Below, piece after piece: positions 54,015 to 64,000 of a DNA stretch of 64,000 nucleotides (positions are counted from its first letter, which is position 1; the number at the start of each line of letters is the position of its first letter). The notes beneath the pieces were generated by a model. The model was not told the origin of the DNA and searched no databases. It saw only the letters and a program-made list of their open reading frames with translations. Location: the NCBI GenBank assembly GCA_964016885.1, contig OZ024740.1, positions 226,982,001 to 227,046,000 of the forward strand, read 5' to 3'. This DNA is from Eledone cirrhosa. Taxonomy: Eukaryota. The position numbers and the translations under genes were made by a program.

Positions 54015-54300
54015 TTAATGGCAATCTGGTGCGTTCAGCTACCAGTCCATACTCTGCTACATGCCTGACCGAAGAAGGCAAACTTTCCAAGTATCGGCTG
54101 CTCTCTGATAGGTTTGTGGTAGAGTCTGTAGCAGCGGAGACTTTCGGTGTTCTTGCCTCCTGGACCACATTTCTACTCACTGCTATCGAGGCACAGTTGT
54201 CTGCCTATATGTGTGGACCCTGAAAGCTGGAGTGACTGTTCCAGCATGTCTCGCTCACCATCCTCTGGGGCAATATATTCTCCATCCTGTTGACCAGGAC
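54015..54300 (+). mobile_element. CRE-like LINE 3' fragment (RLE domain)
   Basis: SATCLTEEGKLSKYRLLSDRFVVESVAAETFGVL...LFQHVSLTILWGNIFSIL resembles E..K..KY...F.PVAVET.G...LFQR.S.....GN. Confidence 0.75.
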
Positions 54301-55091
54301 CATGAGACAGAGGATATGTTAAATGGAGTTGGAGGATACTCATTTGAATGTCACACATACACAAAATAGACAGACATGGATATGGCAACATAACCTGAAA
54401 TTTATCTCCTGTAAAAACAACAAGTGATGATATCATTCCTTTGTATATGATTTATTATTAGTATTTTCCTGTTTTGTTGTTGTTCATTTTGCTTTCCTTT
54501 CCATTTCATGTGAAATTCTGTACTTCCCTTATTCAATATGATCATCTTCCTTGTCATCATCACCACCATCATCATTTTTCTTCATTATAATTATCAGTAT
54601 TATCATAATTTTTCTTCAGTATAGTTTTGTTTTTATTGCACTACCAAGCACAGCTCTACATGCCTTGGGTATGTGTTGTGTTTATCATCATCATCATCAT
54701 CATCAGTACTTTTATTGGTGTTGTTGTTGTTACTTCAATGGTCATATAAATTCTCTCTGTGCTTCCATTGCATGTAACCAAACAGTTCCATGTGCTCAGT
54801 TATGCAGTGAAATAATCAATACATTTTTATCTTTTGTGTTTGATTTCTTGCACGAGAGTGAGATGGTGTGACATCCATCCATCATTTTTTTTTTTAAGGT
54901 GCTAATAGCATGAAATATTTCAACTTGGAATTGAAATTGTTTGTACAAACACCTCCCCTACATTTGATCTTACATTTTTTTTAACCTTGTGGTATCTAAA
55001 TATGTCTTTATGTTCTGAATTGAGATAGTACCACACAAATCCAAGCTTTGCCTTTCAAGCGTTATCAGAGGCAAATATTGATGTGTCTGTG

Positions 55092-55290
55092 AAGGTGCTG
55101 GGCTTAGGGGTTAGAGAATTGGATTCACAATTGTGAGGTTGGGAATTCGATTTCTAGACCAGATGATGCATTATGTCCTTTTGCAAAGCACTTTATTTCA
55201 TGTCGCTCTTTCTGACAACAGCTGCAAACAGTAGATAGTATCAGCAATGGAAAGACCAATGGAAACATTATTTCCTTGGTCTGATTTGAT
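55092..55290 (+). mobile_element. SINE family B variant
   Basis: Head ggcttaggggttagagaattgg..ttcgatttc, family B core, and a tail shared with 22385-22445. Confidence 0.75.
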
Positions 55291-56619
55291 GAGTTCCACC
55301 CCACTTAGTAAGTGAGGTCTGGGATCTTGTTGATTGATCAACTGATGTATCTACAAGGAAACTAATGAAGTTTAAGCTTCTAAGTACCTAATCCCAGAGC
55401 ACATACCTCCATCACCACCACTAAACAACTTAGTTATTGCTTCTTGGGCCCTTCTGAGTTGTGAAGGATCCTCATAACAGTTCATTCTTCATCTAAATCT
55501 TTACAGGATGTTAAGAGTTATACTTTGTTCTATCTTTGATAAGATGGCAAGACTATATTTTACTAGGTCAATTTCTGGTTTCTGGCATATTCTGTGATCA
55601 GACAATGGGCTAGTCTCAAAGTTGCCAGGTTTAAAAGCTCCAATCTCTCTCTCCCTCCTTATTCAATAGACTGAGGCTATGCTAGGGCACTGACATTGAT
55701 GCTACACTTTCTACAATGAGCTTTTCTTGGTTAGCCATTGATGCAAAAGGTAGTTTGTCACTGCCGCCTTTATTTGTGCTTCCCCTTGTGCTGTGGGGTC
55801 ATTCGGGATCTTAGTCAGCAGAGTGTCTAATTTTTCTTTTAAATTGGAAACAAAAAATTATGATTAATAAAAAATACTCAAATACAATGATGTCACAAGG
55901 TCACAAATTTGAGGGTAACATAATTTTAATGTCTATCTACTCAAGTATTTTTGAAAATTGATAAACTTTGTGTGGAACATAAATGGGAACTTCAAGATAA
56001 CACAGCTTCATCATCTTCATCATCATTTAACATTTATTTACCATGCTTGAATGGGTTAGACAGGTTGTCATGCTATGAGACAAGTCAGGTCAGGTAACCA
56101 TGTCTTGTACAAATACAATGATGTATGTGAATGTGTGTTTGTATGTATGTTTGTATGAATGTATGCATGTATGTGTGTGTATGAGTTTATGTATTTGAAT
56201 GTATGTATGTATATGTAAGTATGTAAGCATGTATGTATGTATATGTAAATATGTATGCATGCATGTATGTATGTGTGTGTGTATATATGTAATTATGTAT
56301 GTATTTATGTATGCATGTATTTATATATGTAGTGGCTAAAGACAACAGCATAACCCAGCCAATGAAATGTTGTCACTCTGATATACAGAACTTCAGTAGA
56401 TGTTGCTTCTTGGTTTCAGCAGACAGTATTGAAAAGGTGTTACCCTGGGGAATAGGAAGAGTGATGCACTGAAAGAGCTCTTCCAATTCACAGTGTCCAT
56501 TCTTGTTGGTAGCTAACTCTAACCCAACAGCAGTGAGTAGTGAGGTGGCTCAGGGACCTAGAGCTCCAGGAGGTTCCACCACTATAATATTTGACTAGTA
56601 TATATTTTAACAACTCCCA

Positions 56620-56770
56620 TATAATTGTTTCTGATTTTGGCACAAGGCCAACAGTTATTAGGGAGGGGAAAGTCGATTAAATCAACCCTAGTGTATTGCT
56701 AGAACTTTATTTTATCAACCCTGAAAAGAGGAAAGGCAACGTTAACCTCAGCAGGATTTAAACTCAGAAT
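56620..56770 (-). mobile_element. SINE family A fragment
   Basis: aattgtttctgattttggcacaaggcc...gaaaggcaacgttaacctcagcaggatttaaactcag; another copy is at 57075-57230. Confidence 0.8.
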
Positions 56771-57612
56771 GCAAGGAAATAAATAAAACTCCCAAAATGT
56801 TAAAAATAAATGAAAGAAAAAATGTGCCAACCATCAGATCAGACTACGAAAACAATGTTTCCATTGTTTTTTTTGTTTTTGTTTTTTTATTGCTGATACT
56901 ATCTGCCAGTCACAATTCCTGTTAGAAGGAGTATGTATGTATGTATGATCACATAACTCCTGATAGAGTTATAGGGGCGCCGTATTGACATACAGTGTTT
57001 CTTAGGCATTTTAAGCCTGGCAAAGTACATCTGTCTCCAGGCCTCAGTACAGCAGATTTCTTCCAGAGAGAGGAAGAATCGACCCCAGTACCAGACAAGT
57101 ACTTTTTTATCGACCTCAAATGGATGAAAGGCGAAGTTAACCTCAGTGGGATTTGAACTCATAGAGCAGAGAGCTGAAACGAATACCATAAAGCATTCTA
57201 TCCGATGTTTTAATAACGCCAATTCACCATCAGAAGGAGTAACATTAACTAAAATAGTTTGCTGAAGACCACAACACACCACTCAGTAAAGAGATTGAAC
57301 CCACAATCTTACACTCATAAGTCCAACACCCTAATCACATAAAATTAAAATATATAATAAAAAATAAAATTTGAAAACAAATATGAGAAATGAAAATTGG
57401 AAGAATTTTCTTATTTTTCATTTATTAAATTATTTCTATATTCTTATATTTTTGTTTATCGTGTTTGGTTTGATTTGGTATTTTTTTGGTATTATTTCAG
57501 TGTGTGCGTGTGTGTGTGTGTGTGTGTGTATGTGTATTTTGTGTTTCTCTTTAGTATGTACATTTTTCTGTATGGATGTGTACATCTTTGTGTTTCTGTA
57601 TGTCTGTCATAG

Positions 57613-57675
<63 letters not shown>

Positions 57676-58199
57676 GTGTGTATGTATATATATATATATG
57701 TGTGTGTGTTTGTATATATGTATATATGTATGTGAATGTGTATATATATATATGTGTGTGTGTGTGTATATGTATATATGTATCCGTGTGTTTGTGTGAG
57801 TCTTAGTCTCTTTTTGTGTATATGTATTTATGTTCTAGCTTGCTTTTTGTGTTTTATAACATTCTTCAATTTCTTTATTTATTTAGTTAATATTTTGGAA
57901 GAGGAGGAGGAGGGTGAGGAGGGGGAGAATGAAGGGGGGTTGTTTGTTTGTTTGTTATTTGTTCATGTATTATTGTTTCTTTGCTTGTCTATTTGTATGT
58001 TGTTTTATCATGTTTTATTTATTTATTTGTATGTTGGTTTATCATATGTTGTTTTTTTTTTCTTTATTCATCATAGTTTTCTTAATCCAATTTTTGAAAG
58101 AATGTCCTAGAACTTCATTTGCTTTTATTTAATTCCTTATTTGATATTTTTCATATCTCACTCATGCCCCCAACTACTCTCACTCATATGGTATCCCAC

Positions 58200-58600
58200 C
58201 CATCACTCTCTCTCTCTCTCTGTCTCCCCCTCTCTCTCTCTCATAATTTTCCACATTTGTCTCATAATATCCCTCTCTTTCATTTTGTCTTCCATTCTCA
58301 CTTACCTTCTCTGTCTTTTTCTTTCTCTCTCTATCTCTTCCTTATCACTCAATGATTTTCTTTCTTGCTATTTTTTTATTCCTCTCTCTCTCTTCCAACA
58401 TTTCTCTGCATCTCTCTATGTGTATATATTACCTCCTCCTCCTCTCTCTCTCTCTCTCTCTCACCCAACAGCTCTATATATCTACACATCTCTCTCTTAC
58501 CCCCTACTCTTACTCTCTCTCTCTCCCTCCCTCTCTCTCACCCTCTCTCTCTCTCTCTCTCTCACCCAACCGCTCTATATATCTGTATATCTACACAACC

Positions 58601-58664
<64 letters not shown>

Positions 58665-58700
58665 CCCAACAACTCTATATATCTATATATATGTATATCT
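58200..58700. repeat. (CT)n-rich tract
   Basis: Read directly from the sequence. Confidence 0.9.
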
Positions 58701-59269
58701 GCTCTCCTTATAATAAAATAGACTTTAAATTTCCCTCAACAACCCTTTCCTTTGAGCCCCCAATATTCTTTCATATTTCATTTGTTTTCTCTCCTTTTTT
58801 TATACTACTCCCTTACTCTCTCCCTTTCATTACTACATTCCCTTTCTCCCCCTCTCTCACTACTACATACCCTTTCTATCCCCCTTTCTCTCACGTTCTC
58901 AATGTTTATCTCACATACACAACCTAGCTGCTTTTCTTTCTATACTTCTAGACCTCATTTTCTCAATGTCTCACTCTTTCTTTTTGCTTAATACCATCTA
59001 TGAAATAAATCCATTCAAATGCTAGGAAGGCTCCCTAGAGGTAGTTGGTATAATTTGTTACCTAAGTGACTTAATTAGTGGTGGAGATGAATACTCCAAA
59101 TGTATTGTAGTCTGAGTAGAAATGGGGAGCTATTTCTTCTGCTATCAACAAAGGGATTTTCTGTCTGAGCAAAGGGCTGAATGTATAATTCTTGTGTATG
59201 AAGTGTAGTGCTGAATGGTAGTCTTCTTGTTGTATGACATATGTATAATGGTTAGAGAGACAGATTGAG

Positions 59270-59545
59270 ATTGGTGTGCCAGACTAAGGCATCATTCGTA
59301 GTATTATGGATTGCCTCCAGGCCACAGGGAAAATATCTGAAGGGACGATCCTGAACAACATGCAACACTGTCTGGTCAGGCTCCTCACAGTCACATGCTG
59401 GGCTGTCTTTCATTTTCCATCGATGGAGAGGATGAGCTGTCCTGGCATGTGTTGTGTGGATTTAATTAAGGGTCACCCATTGCTTTCTAGGAAGGTCAAA
59501 GCCTGCTGGTTTAGATGTGGGGATCCTGGACAAGGTCTTGGTTGG
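59270..59545 (-). mobile_element. Vingi/Ingi-type (I group) LINE C-terminal zinc-knuckle fragment
   Basis: PTSKPAGFDLPRKQWVTLN*IHTTHARTAHPLHRWKMKDSPACDCEEPDQTVLHVVQDRP...GLEAIH. Confidence 0.8.
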
Positions 59546-59607
59546 CAAATCTGGACTCAGTGAAACAATAAAATTAAATGCAAAGGATGGGCGGCTGCAA
59601 ACTAGGA

Positions 59608-59902
59608 GGTGGATATGCTCATGCTCAACTGAATATGTAATCATAGTGTGCAAAATTTGAAAAAATATCAGGGGGACATGGTTAACTGCATATGTAATGA
59701 TAGGGTGCATAATTGACAAAAATATCAGGTGGACATGCTCTACTGCATATGTAATGTTAGGGTGCATAATTAACAAAAAATCAGATGGACATGCTCTACT
59801 GCATATGTAATGTTAGGGTGCATAATTGACAAAAAATCAGATGGACATGCTCTACTGCATACATAATGTTAGTGTGCACAAATGACAAAGAATAAATGAG
59901 CT
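59608..59902 (+). repeat. ~56-57 bp minisatellite, about 5 copies
   Basis: Unit atcagatggacatgctctactgcatatgtaatgttagggtgcataattgacaaaaa. Confidence 0.9.
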
Positions 59903-60404
59903 CGCATTTGGTTTATGGTTTGTTCGCAGTTGCATAGCATTTGGAGCAAGTGTTTTAAGTCAGCTCAAAACATGAGTGTAATTGTGTAGAGAGAAACTGT
60001 GCAGAAGCCCTTCAGATAGATTAATTGCAGAGAGTGGACAAAAGATGTGAAAGAATGAGGAGGTGAGTGCACATAAATTACAACGAACCTTCTGTGTTTC
60101 ATTCGACTGCATAGCATTTTGGAGAAATATATTTTACAATAGCCTTGGGTCAGCCAAAGACATCTGAGTGTAATTGGGTTGACAGAAACTATGCAAATAC
60201 CTTTCAGATGGATTGTAACTTTAATTCACATGTCAAACCTTGTCAAACTGTATTATGGTGAATTTGTCTAAGAAAGATGTTAAGGGTATATGGCTCCATG
60301 GAATACTCAACCATTTGCATGCTAATTCAATAAGCAAGGAGTTCAGTTGATGAAATAACTGAATGCTCATCATAAAAACTGATAGAGATTCATTTACTTT
60401 GATT

Positions 60405-62710
<2,306 letters not shown>

Positions 62711-62827
62711 AACGTTGGAATATGTATAATAAAGCCAAAACAATGCAGGTATGGACATAGCAAAAATAATGCAATTGCAAAAGATATTGTTGACAAATCG
62801 TCTTTTACCTTAGATTTATTTAAATGT

Positions 62828-62863
62828 CCTTAATTTTCGAGATAGTATCTCTTCTTCAGAGGG
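62828..62863 (-). ncRNA. Degenerate minimal hammerhead
   Basis: cct-CTGAAGA-a-gagat(act)atctc-GAAA-atta-agg; stem III is decayed. Confidence 0.5.
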
Positions 62864-63023
62864 AAATAAAGGTCTAAACCAGCGTTCTAAATATCTTACC
62901 AAGCCATGCTGACATGAAATAGTATAGAGTATCGCTTTATTATACATATTCAAACGTTTATACCTCATTACACAATGCTTCAAGTGAACTATAACCTCCT
63001 CCACATATATATATATATATATA

Positions 63024-63105
<82 letters not shown>

Positions 63106-63229
63106 TAATAAAAATAATGAAATAAAAACAAAGAAACAGTTCCTTATATTAAAAAATTCATCATTTTACGATCGTTCTCTAAGATATATATGTTTGTGTT
63201 GGTATGTATATCATATAGATCTATGTAAA

Positions 63230-63365
63230 ATTTTTACAAACTATCAGAGGGAATATACATACCTACACATATATATGCTGTCTTCAGAAATAATATATAG
63301 ATTATTTCTGAAGACAGCATATATATGTGTAGGTATGTGTATTCCCTCTGATAGTTTGTAAAAAT
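63230..63365. repeat. Near-perfect 65-bp-arm inverted repeat
   Basis: atttttacaaactatcagaggg...tcttcagaaataat (atatag) attatttctgaaga...ccctctgatagtttgtaaaaat, with one mismatch. Confidence 0.92.
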
Positions 63366-63465
63366 GTTTATATATAAATGTGTGCATGTATGTTATATAT
63401 ATACATACTACTGTACGTCTGTATACATATATGTATGTACGTATACATAAATACATACTTACATT

Positions 63466-63512
<47 letters not shown>

Positions 63513-63542
63513 CATACATTTACACATATATATATGTAAATG

Positions 63543-63582
<40 letters not shown>

Positions 63583-63725
63583 CATTTACACATATATATA
63601 TATGTAAATGTATGTATATATATATATATATATATATACACATACATTTACACATATATATATATGTAAATGTATGTATATATATATATATGTAAATGTA
63701 TGTATATATATATATATACACATAT

Positions 63726-64000
63726 AAAACATGGGACGAGCTGATAAATTCCGACCTCACACGCTTACACCGCTCCAAGACAATGTCACTGGACCGAGAC
63801 CTTTGGCGGTACTCAGTAATAGAGAAGACCCGCCTTACCTAAATACAAAGTAAAAACCTACTACAGTCAGTAGGCATCTCTAACAAAATACACCCCCACC
63901 CCATCCACACCGCCCCTTTCAATGTAAAGTTATGTTGGTGCCACAACATCCAGGCCGAAACAAATGAGATCGTGTAGGTGTCACGACAAAAAAACACACA
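63726..64000 (+). mobile_element. RTE LINE 3' fragment, running off the window
   Basis: [38 protein letters not shown], then 3'UTR; close reverse-complement match to ~6275-6555. Confidence 0.92.

Noticed and set aside
59608-59902. Possible CRISPR-like array
   Set aside because: Contiguous tandem units with no unique spacers, no cas genes, and a eukaryotic context.

Overview
This is eukaryotic, very AT-rich DNA, saturated with microsatellites, and it reads as intronic or intergenic. The SINE, LINE and MITE families resemble those of octopus/coleoid cephalopod genomes; that is an inference from recall, not a database result. I cannot support any intact host protein-coding gene, and almost all ORFs in the track are microsatellite artefacts. 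Recognisable content: two or three tRNA-derived SINE families; 5'-truncated non-LTR retrotransposon fragments (RTE, R4/Dong-type, CRE-type, Vingi/Ingi-type, Penelope GIY-YIG); hAT, piggyBac and mariner MITEs; and several long hairpins. The most notable signal is a dense set of type I hammerhead ribozyme (HHR) motifs, about five with intact catalytic cores and several decayed. They are unrelated outside the core and mostly sit in short unique islands inside (TA)n tracts. Some have greatly enlarged, branched stem II domains (54-92 nt). One lies in a 481-bp partial tandem repeat resembling a retrozyme or Penelope pseudo-LTR, and one is flanked by long inverted arms. All folds and alignments were done by eye, and repeat boundaries are approximate.
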